A stretch of DNA of 64,000 nucleotides from the human T2T-CHM13v2.0 reference genome, Homo sapiens: the NCBI RefSeq assembly GCF_009914755.1, contig NC_060932.1. One strand, given 5' to 3'. Below are positions 27,922-49,050 of the stretch, piece after piece. Position 1 is the stretch's first letter; the number at the start of each line of letters is the position of its first letter. Below the pieces are notes generated by a model. That model saw only the letters and a list, made by a program, of their open reading frames with translations, did no database searches and was not told the DNA's origin. The position numbers and the translations under genes are program-made.

Positions 27922-29831
27922 GAGGATCTTTGGAGATCCTTTTTTGGTCTATAATCCTACAGTATTCAAAAATCTTAAGACTCTATGCATAACTGGGGTA
28001 AACATCAGGAAGTGGGGAAATGAGTGGGTAGCTACAAGCCAGAAAGCTGGCTGCTGTGCTTGTTCTTCCTGAACCCACTTTACTAGCAAACATGACAAAA
28101 TGCGATGCAACACGAGAACCCTGCTGATTCTGTGCTCAGTGATTCACAGTGTTCAGGAATCCAAGCCTGGCCGCTAATTGGGACACCATCTCTCTGGTAA
28201 CAAAAACAAATAATGTAACAAAGCCTGAATAGTAATTGCCCAGCACTCCAGAAACAACCTAATTGTGAAGACACCAAAATTTACCATAAAGCTATAAAGA
28301 GGTACCTGATTTTCCACATTCAATCACCAGCCAACCTCACCCCTCACCCATGTCCATTCATCTTTTAGAAAACAGAGCTTGATTCTTAATGCTGCTGCTG
28401 AATAGAGAAATAATGAGCTCTGTTAGTGCACCTGAAAATACACCATCAGCCTAGAGAAGGAGAACTTAGCTCGTGACACTTTAATGAAAATGTCAGGACC
28501 ACCCTGAAGTATTTAGGTCCTGTAAATGCCAAGTAAAGAGAGGAGCTAAACAATTAAGGTAATGGATGACAGTGAGCAAAGGAAAAATAAAGCTGATTAT
28601 CAGAGAAAAATCTTCAACACTGCCCCACTTATGCCATAAAGTTTTTTCAATGGAATTTGTGATTACACCCAAGGTCCTGGGTGTTACCTCAGACTTCATT
28701 GGAAAACACTGTAAGAACAATCCAAATTTTACGGGGGAGGAGCTACATAGTCTTAACTGGTTTTTTCTCTCTCAATCTTTCTAGGGTTCTCTGGAAAAGT
28801 AGGCAAAAGAAAGCACATTCTTGACCCTTGATAGAAAGAATGCTTGGGGAGCTGCACCTGTGCTTTGTTCACCAAGGTGTTCCCAGCACCAATCACAGCC
28901 TAAGGTATAGTAGGTGTTTGGTAAATGTTTGTGGAAATAGCAATAACATGTTTAGGCTAGGAAAAATGTGTGCTCCTAATTGCTAGTCTAACTGCTATTC
29001 AGTTTATATTGATTTACTGGTTTGTACACTATAAAAGCAGGAGCAAAGGGGACAAATACATAGACATACTCAGAGAACCTTAAGGCAGGGCTACAATGCA
29101 CAACCCAGTATGAACATCATTTGGATCTACACTGTGTCTCAGATCACCTAATAGGAGACTGAAATGACCTAGGGCCAGAGAGGATAACGATAGCAATAAA
29201 TAATTACTGAATAATTTAATGAATTCTGCATTACAATTACATCACAACTTATGGGCTTCCTAAAAACACCAGTGCACAACATGGATCTGGTGACATTTAC
29301 TGACTCAGCTTTTGCGTTTTCTTTTTCTCTTGTGAAATTTTGCAAATACAAGAGTAAACAGGCAACAGTACTATAAACCCTGGGTAAATAGTAGAAGTCA
29401 CCAGGACTGACTTATTTGTCATGGGACCCATGAAGTGACTTCTTCATAGAAATAGAAGGAGAAACAACAGGAGTCTCTCACTGGAGCATTACAGCAGAGT
29501 ATTTTCAAGCTGTCATATCATTGGGTGGAGATGTCAGGAACAGGACTTGCAAATGTTAAAATTTCATTTGGCTATAGCTGAAGATACTAGAAAGATGTAA
29601 AATTGATTCTGAAGTTGTTAATCTGAATAAAACAGGACAGTGTCCTAAGAAGCATAAGACTAAAGGACAGCAGCTTTTGGCTCAAAAATGAGAAAAAAGG
29701 AAACAGTTCCCTCATTCCTACAGGTATTTGAAAAGAAGCCGATGACTTAAAAGTAAAACAAAACAATAACCAACTGTTTTCTGCCAGTAAAGCGAGAAAT
29801 TATTTCATTATCAGTTAAGACACTATTACCT

Positions 29832-30130
29832 GGTCGGGCATGGTGGCTCATGCCTGTAATCCCAACACTTTGGGAGGCTGAGGTGGGAGGACTGCTTGAG
29901 TACAAGAGTTCAAGACAAGCCTGGGCAACATGTGAGACCCTGTCTCTACAAAACATTAGCTGGGGCTGGTGGTGTGTCTGTAGTTTCAGCTACTAGGGGA
30001 ATCATAGGGGGCACCGAGGTGGTAGGATCACTTTGAGCCCAGGAGGTTGAGGATGCAGTGAGCCGTGATCGTGAGCCACTGCTCTCCAGCTTGGGTGACA
30101 GAGCAAGATGACCTTGTCTCAAAAAAAAAA
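29832..30130 (+). mobile_element. AluJ
   Basis: Degenerate dimer; TSD-like AGACA(C/T)TATTA. Confidence 0.88.
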
Positions 30131-30349
30131 GAGAGAGACATTATTATCTGTTTTAAATACGACTGAAGTGCTTTGTAATTATCTCCTTCCCCCACTAGAG
30201 AGTGAGACTTCTAAGTCAAGAACTTTGTCCTAATCATCTTTCTATCCACAGAACATTACTTGGCACATAGCAGGCTTCTCAGTGAATGTTCATTAATAAG
30301 TAACTGAATATTATAAAGGAGATTCTTAAAAGGTTGTGATTCAATGTAG

Positions 30350-30931
<582 letters not shown>

Positions 30932-31669
30932 TAACCCTTCATAGACCTTGGTAGATGTGGGGGGTCTTAGTGTCACTTTTCGCCTCTAAGAGCCCAGGGC
31001 CTTGTCTGTGCCTTGTGGGTCTTATAACCCACACTTCTTGGTTTATCCATGACAGTCCCATTGTCAGCTCATGCTTATCACTCTGGTTCTCAGTACATTT
31101 CTTAACCATGGTCCCTGGTGATGTCCCTTACCATCTCGGCCATGCACTTAAAAGTACATTTGTTATATTTTATCCAGCATTTCTAGGTATTTTTTAGATG
31201 AAGAGTTTTCAGGTAATCTAGGCTGCCAAGATACCAGAAAAGGAAATCTCTGCAAGAAGCAGTCACATGTTCCCTTATTTAATACCCATAGTAAGCACCA
31301 GAAAAGCAAGCTTCTTTATACCTACCAAACCTAGGAGACAAAAAAAAAAAAAAAAAGGAAAAAAAAAGCCTTGCTTCTATTGGCCTAGCCTCTTTGTAAA
31401 AGAAAGAAAACAACATATCTCCTGAGAATTTGGTATCGTGAGTTTACCATTATGTGGGCTTCATGTTCAAGTTTATACTTGGCTAATTTCTCATCTTGGA
31501 AATGATTACAAAATGTGCCTACCAGAAACAGCATAGATAAAAAACCCCACTAAAAAGCTCATAATTCAAAATTACAAAACATGCCAGAAAAGAATCCACC
31601 ATGTCAGCAGAACTAATACATAGCAGAATTAGTTCTTCCAAGAACTACAAATTACAGAATTATTGAATA

Positions 31670-32700
<1,031 letters not shown>

Positions 32701-32965
32701 TTTAAAAGAAATTTTAAAATGAGGAAAAAGACCAAAAATCCCCAGGAAATTTTGTAAAACACAAATATAATGTTTAATAATACAAAAACATAATCTTAAA
32801 ATGATTTAACTCAATGGGTAAGTTAAATAGCAGAATGAAATCTGAAGAATATATGAACTGAAAAACAGTACAAAGAAAATTGATCTATTTCAATCTAAAA
32901 CATACAACACAGATATTCAAAGGTGGAAAAACCTGAAAGAGGGGTTAAGAGTGACATGAAATATA

Positions 32966-33400
32966 CAGTCATGTGCTGCATAAAATTGTTTCAATCAATG
33001 GTGGACCACATATACAATGGTGGTCTCATAATATAATGGAGCTGGAAAATTCCTATTGCCTAGTAACACTGTAGCACATGTATTACTCACATGTCTGTGG
33101 TGATGCTGGTGTAAACAAACCTATTGCACTGCCAGTTGTATAAAGGTATAGCACACACAATTATGTATAGTACAAAATACTTGATAGTGATAATAAATGA
33201 TCATATTACTGGTTTATGTATTTGCTACACTATATTTTTTATCATTTTTTTAGAATGTACTCCTTCTACTTATTAAAAAAGTTAACTGTAAAACAGGCTC
33301 AGGCAGGTGCTTCAGGAGGAATCCCAGAAGAAGGCATTGTTATCACAGGAGATGACAGCTCCATGCATGTTACTGCCCCTGAAAACCTTCCAGTGGTAAA
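32966..33400 (+). mobile_element. Tigger3/MER7 (GOLEM) DNA transposon fragment
   Basis: Starts TA|CAGTCATGTGCTGCATAA..GGACCACATATACAATGGTGGTC; includes GTAAACAAACCTATTGCACTGCCAGT. Confidence 0.8.
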
Positions 33401-33409
33401 CACACTGAG

Positions 33410-34020
33410 GTGAAATACAGAATGCCAAAGTCAAAGAAAAGACTGCAAAAGTAAACATGAGAAAAAACATCCTCCTACAAAGGAGCAATGGCATACTCCT
33501 CAATAATAGCAATGGAAGGCAGAAAACAATAAAACAGTATTTTCAAAGTAGTGAGAAGAAACTGTCAACCTAGAATTCTATATTCAGCTAAATCAACAAT
33601 AAGAGAATAAAATAGACATTTTCAAACAAATAGGGTCTACTACCACTAGCAGGCTCTAATGGAAAAACTACTAAAGGATAGTCTTCAGGAATTAAACTGA
33701 AAGTAAGGAATATGACACAAAAAGCAATAGCAAGCAAGAAATTTGTGAATAAACTGACATAAACATTGACAGTATTAAAAAAGTAATGATGACTACTAGG
33801 AGGGTAAAAGCCGAAATTAACAAAAATAGTGTACAAAAATTATATGTAAAATGGGCAAGGTATGGTAGAATTAAAGTGTTCTAAGATCCTTGACTTATTT
33901 GAGAGAAGGATGAAGATAATGATTAATTTTAGACTTCACAGATTTCCGTATACATGTCAAAACTGTAAGGGTAAAAAGAGAAATATAATATGTAACTTCC
34001 AAACCAGTAGAGGAAAACAA
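33410..34020 (+). mobile_element. Degraded L1M ORF1/inter-ORF fragment
   Basis: AACTGTCAACCTAGAATTCTATATTCAGCTAAA..AAAATAGACATTTTCAAAC resembles the L1 ORF1 C-terminal coding region. Confidence 0.6.
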
Positions 34021-34700
34021 AATGTAAAACATTATCACTATCCATATTTTACAGAACATGAAACCAAGACCTATTAAAACTAACTGACTTAACAAAGTTT
34101 ACCCAGCTAGTAACTAGGAGAATGTAAATAATTCATGTCTTCAATGCCACATTCTGTGATTTTTTTTTGCCTTCTACGTCATATAGCCTCTGATCTAGGT
34201 GATATATTAAAATAACAGTGTGTTACCCTGACGTCCAATCCAATAAGACAAAAATCTCACACTGCTGCAAGAATTTCTTTATATTAAATAGCACTTTGTG
34301 GTAAAAGTGCTGTGGATTTACCTAGGAATTCTCTTATTTCTCATTTCCATTTCATTCTTACCTACCCTCTTCATTCATTAATTACTACATTTTCCATATA
34401 ATTCTCCTAGACTCTAAGTTTTTTCCTCCTTCCCATTTCTTACTTTTAAAATTTGGTGCGTGTGTGTGTGTGTACTTAAACATGTTTAATATTTTTGTTT
34501 CATACGTTTACTTATTTTTATTTAAATATCATTATGTATGCTATGGAGAGTGATAGATTCTAAATGCACAATTTTTGTTAGGATATAACTTATCTGAAAG
34601 ATTTCACAAGTTACAAAAGACAGTAGTCCTCAGGTCTGTTTCATTCTCTAGTAGTGCTCTCTCACTGAAGCAAGTATGTAATGTCAAAAAAACTGTAGAA

Positions 34701-39047
<4,347 letters not shown>

Positions 39048-39485
39048 AAAAAAACTGTAGAACGATCTACAGTAACAATCTGGTCTCCAAATCTTAGTAG
39101 TGGTATATGGTTCCTTGGCAAGCTGTCGCTAGGGTCAAAGATGTCTCTACACTATGGTGATAATTCCCTTTCTCCTTGCCAACACCATTTAAATTGGTTT
39201 CCAACTGTGTACTATTCTATCTTGAAGCCATGTGGTGAAATCTTCAGGGTGTACCCAAGACAGTACTTCAAACTCTTGGACTCTTTAGTCATGCTAATCA
39301 CTGTTACTGATATACCCTTCCCCATCTAGTCTGAATAAAGATATTTCTGCAATAGTTCATGGGGCAATAAAACTTCAGCGTTTATGTACAGAAAATCATG
39401 TAAGTCTCTTGAAATCAAATCTCAGTCTCCTAGCACACGAATTGGCAGAAACTTGAAAACAATATAAAATCAAGTTCATAGAAAC

Positions 39486-39784
39486 TTTATTTATTTATTT
39501 TGAGTCAGGGTCTTGTTCTGCCACCCAGACTGGAGAGTGGTGGCGCAATCATAGCTTACTGCAGCCTTGAACTCCTGGGCTCAAGCGATCCTCCCACCTC
39601 AGCCTCTCCAGTACCTACGACTACAGGTGCACATCACTATGCCTGGCTAATTTTTAAATTTTTTATAAAGATGCGGTCTCACTTTGTTGTCCAAGCTGGC
39701 CTTGAACTCCTGGGCTCAAGCAATCCTCTTGCCTCAGCCTGCCAAAGTACTGGGATTACAGGCATGAGCTAACACGCCTGGCCC
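39486..39784 (-). mobile_element. AluJ
   Basis: Dimer with J diagnostics. Confidence 0.88.
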
Positions 39785-40037
39785 ATAGCAATTTTTACAT
39801 AGTCCAGCTTATTGTATTGTGCCATTGGCATTATCAATCCAACGATCTAAATTGAAAATTTACCCCTGAAGAGAGTCATATATCTATTATAAAGAAACGA
39901 ACAGCATTTCATACCATAAAATGAATCTCTAGGATTATAGTATTACAGGCAGTTCTTGTATCTTAAGTCACAGAAACCTGGGATAATTAGAACCTAAACC
40001 AATTTAGACAATTGCTCCTGTAACCAAAAAAATAAAG

Positions 40038-40200
40038 TTGGGCATGGTGGTGCATGCCTGTAATCCCAGCACTTAGGCTGAGGCAGCAGGATCACTTGAG
40101 CCCAGGAGTTCAAGGCTGCAGTGAGCTATGATCCCTCCACTGCACTCCAGCCTGCGTGACAGGGCAAGATCCTGCCTCTAAAAAAGTAAATAAATAAAAA
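40038..40200 (+). mobile_element. FRAM/Alu monomer
   Basis: Single arm with A-rich tail. Confidence 0.78.
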
Positions 40201-41813
40201 AGTAAGACAAAGTAAAATAACTATAGATGCAAAGAGCAAGTATGTCAAAAAACAACAAACACATAGATCTGCTTTTTTATTTATCTTTCTTCATTCCTAA
40301 AAGCAAATGTCTCCATTGTTTTCCTCTCACCCTGCTTTAACTATCCAAAAGAGAACCTAGGAGAAGATAAAAACCTTACAGACCTCGAAAATCCCAAAAC
40401 AGAATAGTCCACCTTCAAGTAACCAAAACTGTGTGGTTTTACAATCATTTATTACTAATAATTAACAAGTCAACCAAGCTCAAATAGAATTTCCTCTTTT
40501 ACAAGGTCATGGAAATATGAAAATTATTAAGAAAAAAACTCAATTGGGCAGCTGAAGATTTTTGGAGGAATACTCTTTGTAGTAGTGAAAACATAATAAA
40601 AATAATGCATGGTACTTGAACAGACAGGGGCAATAGTTTAGGAGGATTAGGGCAAAAGGTTATAGAGAATTACAGGTAAAGGATTAACAAACAGAATAGT
40701 CAACTGGGTGGTCTCAGAAATGGTGCTAGTAAATTAGAGATATAATTTCATGATTTCATGGAGACAGATATGGGCTATGTAGGGGCTGAAGCCCTTAATC
40801 TCACAGTAAAAAGTACAAAGCTCTGTCAGCTGATTTACAAAGCATAGTTATTAATGCCAGAGTCAGGGTGGGGGAAGTAACAGTGAACATCCAGCGGTAC
40901 ACTATGATACATCAAATAAGATTATAAGATAATAAATAAAATGATGAAGCTAGTTTCCTTAGCATTGTTCAGGGGGAGGTCCTCTGGAATGCAGTTATTC
41001 TGGATTGTAAGAATCACTTAAGTGGTGAACAGATATAGAAGTGATTAGCACTTTTCTAGGCTTGGAGACCTGTCTCCATAAAAGATCAGAAGAGCCTGAC
41101 AATAAAAAACTGCAAAAATAAGTCAGCTTGAGTCACAATTCTGCTCCCTTTTCTTCTTCCCCACAAAAGAGGCTATTCTGTCTCCTTTTACAGAGAATCC
41201 TCTGTTCTTCCCCCTCTATTTTTTTTTCTTTCCTCCTCTATTTGGCTTCAGGGTGGTCTTGAAACATTCTTTCCTCCACTCCCTGAGTGTCTGTCTCCTA
41301 TGACATGTAGAACAGAAGCCTAAACAACTACATGGGGCCTGCACTGCATAGTCAGTTAACATCTTTTCCTGCTTATACCAAGTCAACAGCCTAGTATGTC
41401 CAACAGCTGATATCTGCAGGAAGCTCAGAGAGCAACATTGGTCAATGTCTCTGTTCCCCATCACTTCAATGATTCATTACATGTCCATTCTCGGGGTCTT
41501 CTTTTAAATCACTCAAAACCAAACCAAAAAGGTATACATTAGAAAAAAAAGAGAGAGAGATGTTCTTTATCAGAAGAACAAGTAGTTGGCAAGAGAAAAT
41601 AAAGCAAACCAAATAAAAGACATAAAACTGAAAACTCACAAATCATATTATAAAACAATATTTTGCTGATTTCAAATAAAGTAATCCCATGGCAACAATT
41701 TAATTGCTGCCTTTTTGCCTGCGATCCCAGATTTCTCGTTTGGGACTGGACACAATTTTCATTTCTCTGTGTACTTAGTGCTTCACATTGAACCAATATT
41801 ATTTACTACGTAC

Positions 41814-41915
41814 TTGCGCTTGCTTGCATACTTTAAAAGGCTGAAGTGTTTCTTGGTAGAAAAGCTGATGATAAGCCTGCAGGTCAAACCAAAAGTACAC
41901 ACTGTTCTTCCACAA
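41814..41915 (-). CDS. RGS22: RGS22 internal coding exon, 102 nt (LWKNSVYFWFDLQAYHQLFYQETLQPFKVCKQAQ)
   Basis: TGTAG acceptor after a pyrimidine tract, donor CAA|GTACGT. 34 codons; contains an RGS 'FW' motif. Confidence 0.92.
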
Positions 41916-42261
41916 CTACAGATGGAAAAAGTACATAAATTATTACCACCCAATTATTAAAACTCTTACAAAGCTCTAATTTCAAATATAAGTAACTGTT
42001 TAGCTCCTTGCTGTTACCATAAATCAGGTTCAATTTAAGATGGTTTTAATCTTCTATCACAAACTGGCAATACACAAAATATTTATTGATATTGTTGCTG
42101 GAAGATTATATTTTTGCATGTATGCCTCTCACATAATTAGTCATTAAAATGGTAAGTATTCTAGTTAACAGTTAAAGAGTAGCCATGTATTTTGATATAT
42201 ATGGGCAATGTGTATTACAGCAGAACCAAACATTACTCTAGTAATTGAACCAGTTAAATAC

Positions 42262-42636
<375 letters not shown>

Positions 42637-42843
42637 CTATTCAATGTAATTTGTAATTGTAGGATGAGCAAAAGAATTATAATTGAGATGCTTAAATATT
42701 TACTAAATATTAAATATGAATTTTCTTATCACAGATGGGAATTTTAACATCAAATATAATTATGTGAGCACTTAATTATTTTGATGTCTCATTTTTAAAT
42801 GAAGTAAAATTATAAAATTAAATTTTAAATAATTCTTTTCTAC

Positions 42844-42969
42844 CTTGTTCCCTGAATGCTCGCAGAATTTAGTAAAGAAGAATCCAGCTCTATTTTCTAC
42901 ATACAAAGATTGCAACAAATTTTCCATGTCAGATCCTCCCAAGGCACCAACATCTGACACGGTTTTAAC
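42844..42969 (-). CDS. RGS22: RGS22 internal coding exon, 126 nt (VKTVSDVGALGGSDMENLLQSLYVENRAGFFFTKFCEHSGNK), start of an RGS-like domain
   Basis: CTAG acceptor, donor AAG|GTAGAA. 42 codons; overlaps ORF-track entry 42772..42960; FxxF helix typical of RGS boxes. Confidence 0.93.
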
Positions 42970-44088
42970 CTAGATAACAAAACAGAAGTCTATTATCCAC
43001 CCAAAAACATTGTAATTTTTTTATGGCATTACACAACAGGATTTCATAAACTCTACCATGCTGTCATTTTCCCACTGGACTATTTTATTTTTGTACCATA
43101 TATGTAATTAATGCAGTATGTTTGCATTTGAGAGTCATATAAGATTCATTTGTGGAGCCCAACTATAGCCACAGAATATATTCTATTATAAACCAATCTG
43201 ATTTTAAACATAATGTTGAAGCAACTTCCCAGCCTCAATTATTTTCATGTTTCAGGCAAAGTAAGACCATTTTAGGAGTATTCCAAATCCTTGTTGGTGG
43301 CCTCTTTCATGCATATTTAATGTTATTTTAGCCTTGAAGTGCTGCTATTATAGCTACAGAGGGTTATGATGAGAACTATCTCCAAGGCCTCTCGGTGCTG
43401 CTCATTAACTATCCTTAGGGGGTCCCTCTTGGACAGTCTCACCCTGTATAGGTCATGGCCTGCACAGTGTAAATGGCAGTGTAAGTTCTCATAAAATGTT
43501 GCTGTTTATAGGCTTCTCTGCCAACAGTGCTGGCAATCCTCATACAATTTTTGAAACACAGAAAGCTGGCTATTTCTCCAAGCACAGGAGTGACTTCAGA
43601 ATATGAAAGGGCATCTACTATTCAGTTTAACTCTTTGCTATATGTTTTATAGAACTCATAGACTACTTCTTTATAATAAGACAATAATGGTATAAAAAAT
43701 TTAGGGTTTAAGTAAGGTTCTCACTCTCTTTTTGTCCTACTGTCTCTCCATTTCTCCACCTCTCTATCTGCCTGCTAAACAAATTCTGAAGTGAGAATTT
43801 AATGTTTTTACTATGTTTAACTATCAGCATTACAAACTAAAAAAAAAATCATTATTTTAGTAGAAAAAAACAGTTAAAAGAAATGGAGTACTATTTGCAT
43901 AGAATAAAATAAATAGTTATGCAAAATTATAGCTAAGTGTTCAGACTGTATTAGGACTGCCAAGGTTTCTACCTAAAGTATAATCCTTAGGGAATATGAA
44001 GTTTTCATCTAGAACTAGTGCATTAAATCCACATTATCAGGGTAGCTGTACCATGGAAACACCCTGCCCTTTAAAAATTCTAGGCTTT

Positions 44089-44386
44089 GGCTGGGTGCGG
44101 TGGCTCATGCCTGTAATCCCAGCACTTTGGAAGGGCGAGACAGGCGGATTGCCTGAGGTCAGGAGTTCGAGACCAGTCTGGGCAACATGGTGAAACCCCA
44201 TCTCTACTAAAAATACAGAAAAGTTAGCCAGGCGTGGTGGTGTGCGCCTGTAGTCCCAGCTACTTGGGAGGCTGAGGCAGGGAATTGCTTGAACCAGGGA
44301 GGTGGAGGTTGCAGTGAGCCAAGACCATGCCACGGCACTCCAGCCTGGGCAACAGAGCAAGACTCTATCTCAAAAAAAAAAAAAAA
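44089..44386 (+). mobile_element. AluS
   Basis: Full dimer, TSD AAAAATTCTAGGCTT. Confidence 0.93.
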
Positions 44387-44684
44387 ATTCTAGGCTTCTA
44401 AAATGTAACATCAAATACTATTTTTCTTTCAAGTGTCATCATACCAAAACCAGAACACCATTGTGTTTGAAAACAGTAATCAATGCAGTATATAGAACCA
44501 TGGTACTACAAAAGAAAAACACAGAGGAAATATTTGTGTAAAAATCCTTTGGCAAGGAAAAAAATCAAATGTGTTGCTTAGTAAAGAAAAAATATTATGA
44601 TAAATCAATACAAATTCTCTAAAATCAGGAGATATTGATCAGTTAAATGAAGAATCAGGTTTATTCAGTCCTCAAAACACTCAC

Positions 44685-44799
44685 CCTAGGTTCTTCTGTA
44701 TAAGCGTATCTTCTATCCAGCTGGGGCTTGAGACATTCAGAAATGTCAGTAAAAGATGTTAAATGAATGACTTTGCTGCTTTCTGACATGTACTTTGAC
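44685..44799 (-). CDS. RGS22: RGS22 internal coding exon, 115 nt (SKYMSESSKVIHLTSFTDISECLKPQLDRRYAYTEEPR)
   Basis: TTTAG acceptor, consensus donor AGG|GTGAGT. One nt plus 38 open codons. Confidence 0.92.
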
Positions 44800-45589
44800 C
44801 TAAATTATAAGGATGAGAACTAAAATTATAAGAATGAGAACTAACTGATCAACAAACAAATTTTGAGCACTTTTGGTATACATAGCACCGAATCTCAAGA
44901 GTACTTCTGAGCAATGTGACTCAGGAAAAAAAGGATAAACATTGTTCTAGCCCTAAAGTGGTGGTTCAGAAAATGAGTCATAGTTATACAGAAAGACAAT
45001 TCTCAAAATAACTGCTGGTTAGATGAATTCAAGATGGTTTATTATAGATGCCAAATGACTGGGATGGATAATAAATATTTTGAGAGGGCAAGAATGAGAA
45101 ATTCCTTCAACCTATATTAGTAATTTTAAAATAAAATATTTATTTGTGTTTTAATAAAATTAAAAAAATTTTAATGTGTTTTAGAGGGGCTCTTTAGATA
45201 GGAAAATAGTGAGCAATAAATGAAGGTAGGTATGGAAATCCTTGTTTAAAAGGCAGCAAACATAATTTGCTTAGGGCAGGAAGACACTAACATTAAAAAG
45301 TGAACATTATATACTACATACCAAACACTGTGCTAGATATAATTCATATTATAATATTTAATCCTCACAGAGGTGAGATTCATAGGGAATTATATAGATT
45401 AGTTTGGGGTGACATAATGGAAGACTTTGGAGTTAGACTAATGACTTTGGATATTATCTTTTTCTATTTTTTTATCCAGCTCCCTCTCCCACACCCACAC
45501 TGCAATTATTCTAAAGCCTTATTTTCTTGCTCCATAAAACATGCCTATTCTACCTTGCCAATATTCCTCCATTCCAATCCACCAGCAGA

Positions 45590-46090
45590 TTACCTTGCAG
45601 GTTCTTCTCACACAAAATGTATGTACAACATGCTTCAGTTTCCATTTCCTCATGTAGCCGAATGGCATGCTTCTATATACAGTACCACTGAGATCCTGAA
45701 AAAGCTAAACATTAACCTTCTAAGACTCCCTTGCAGCGAGACATAGCCATGAGACACAGTTGTGACTAATGAGATACAAAATGAAATGTGCTAGGGAGCT
45801 TCTGAGGAAGCTTGCTTTCCTGACAAGAGGGAGAGGGTTAATGGAAATTGCCCTTCCTCCTCCATTCTGACTTGAAAGCCTGATATTAGGAGCCGCAACA
45901 CTGCTGACCATGAGGGAAAGGCCAAGAGCCTCACAAAGATTCAGGCCCTAATCTTTCTGATCTATTGTACCGACACTGGCAGTTGCCTATTATCGGATTT
46001 CTTGTTATGTAAGAAAAATTAGGTCAATTCATCTAAGCCATTGCTAGTTAGGTTTCTGGTATTTACAGCTGAAATCATTCTTGGTATGAA
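45590..46090 (+). mobile_element. MLT1J/I-like LTR
   Basis: ACTCCCTTGCAGC.AG..GCCATGAGACACAGTT..AATGAGAT..GACCATGAGGGAAAGGCCAAGAG..TTTACAGCTGAAA. Confidence 0.65.
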
Positions 46091-46337
46091 CAACAAACAT
46101 ATCCACCTGTACCCATCCTTACTTCTTTCCATGTTGTCTCAGGAAGAAGCGCCCCACCTCCTGCCCGTGGTTAATCTAATTCCCTTGGCTCTTGAACCTG
46201 TCCCTCTATTCTCCTTTGAATATGAAGACCTTTGTTTTTTCTCATATATCTTCAGCTTCTCCATTTCCTCTGGATTCTATTCTAGGCATATCAACAGACT
46301 CAAGTCTTCACATTAAAAATACTCTTTCTGATGAGAA

Positions 46338-47112
<775 letters not shown>

Positions 47113-47122
47113 TCATTCTGGT

Positions 47123-47586
<464 letters not shown>

Positions 47587-47883
47587 TGATAACTTAGTTC
47601 TCACTATATACTGCTCCTTCTCTCTCTCATGATCATCTCATCCATGCCCACAGCTTCAACTACCCACTGAAGTGTAATGCTTCCTCGATTTTCTACTTGT
47701 AATTGATCTCTCTCCTGGGCTCCAAACCTAGATTTCAACTGTTTTGAACATGTATATCCCAATATATATCCTAATGTAGTTTTACATTTTTTATTGAGAT
47801 AAAATTCACATTGTCAACACACAAAAAATTCGGATGTAGAGAAACGGAAACCCAACATAGTTTCATCTCATCCCTGGAGTACT

Positions 47884-48163
47884 GGCTGGGCTTGGTGGCT
47901 CATGCCTGTAATCCCAGCACTTTGGGAGGTGGGAGGATTGCTTGAGGCCAGGAGTTCAAGACCAGCCTGGGCAACATTGCGAGAACCCATCTCTACAAAA
48001 AAAAAAATTAGTCAGGCATGGTGGCACACACCTGTAGTCCTAGTTACTTGGGAGGCTGAGGTGGGAGGATCACTTGAGCCCAGAAGTTCAAGGCTGCACG
48101 CCATAGCACTCCAGTCTGGGCAAGAGAGTGAGACACTCAAAAAAAACAAAAAAGAAAAAAAAA
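47884..48163 (+). mobile_element. AluJ
   Basis: Dimer with small deletions. Confidence 0.87.
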
Positions 48164-48349
48164 AGACTACCTTAGGCTCTATATTCCTTCATTCAACGAA
48201 TATTAATTGAACACATACTATGTGCCAGATACTGTACTATACCCCGGAGCATTCACCTAGGAAGCACCCCAAATTAAAATCATCTGCCTCCTCCAGTCCT
48301 GCTTTTCCTCCTTCTGAGAATAACAAATACACAGAAAATAATGTAGAAA

Positions 48350-49050
48350 TAGTTCTTAAACAGATTTTTTAAAAGTTCAACTTCAGTCAAAAGAAATACT
48401 GTTTTTAAAATATATGTTTAGAAAGGGTAATGCATACTATGTTGGTGAAGGAATGGTTAAAAAAAGGCACTCTTATACAAGCTGAAGGAAGTATAAGTCG
48501 TTATAACTCCTATGAAAGACAATTTGATATTATCTAGCAAAATTTAAAAAGCACATGAATTTTGACTCAAAAATTCTTTTAGGAATTTATCATATATATG
48601 ATATATAATATATATATTCAACAATATTAATTGTTGAATTAATGTTGAATAATTCAACTTTTCTCTCAACTCATGCCTGTATGTCCTTTCACTTGTTTCA
48701 TCACCTGAAAAATGAAGATAATGTTTTCTTTATGGGGATATATATATATATGAAATAGAGCAATGTATAAGAATATCCACTATAACATTGTTTGTAACAG
48801 AAAAAAATAGAAACAATGTCACGTCCATCAATAGAGTACAAATGCAAAGTATGGTATAAAATGAAAGAAGCAGACATAGGAGGAGGCAAGATGACAAGAA
48901 TAAGAATCAAAATAGATTATGGTATATCTATTGCTATAGCACAATCACTGCTATGGAAAAAATCTAAGATATTTTAATAAAAATTTAAAATAAAAAAACA
49001 AGGCACAAAACAAGTGTATAGCATGCCACTATTTTTGAACTATGTTTATA
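48350..49050 (+). mobile_element. L1ME-type 3' region (degraded)
   Basis: TTTGACTCA..AATTC..TTTTAGGAATTTATC..ACATTGTTTGTAACAG..GTCCATCAATAG pattern. Confidence 0.6.

Noticed and set aside
28440-29745. Possible CR1/L3-like relic fragments
   Set aside because: Only vague similarity by eye; boundaries and family cannot be supported.
48879-48906. GGAGGAGGCAAGATGACAAGAATAAG resembling the L1 5' terminus (YY1 site)
   Set aside because: Too short and diverged to distinguish from chance.
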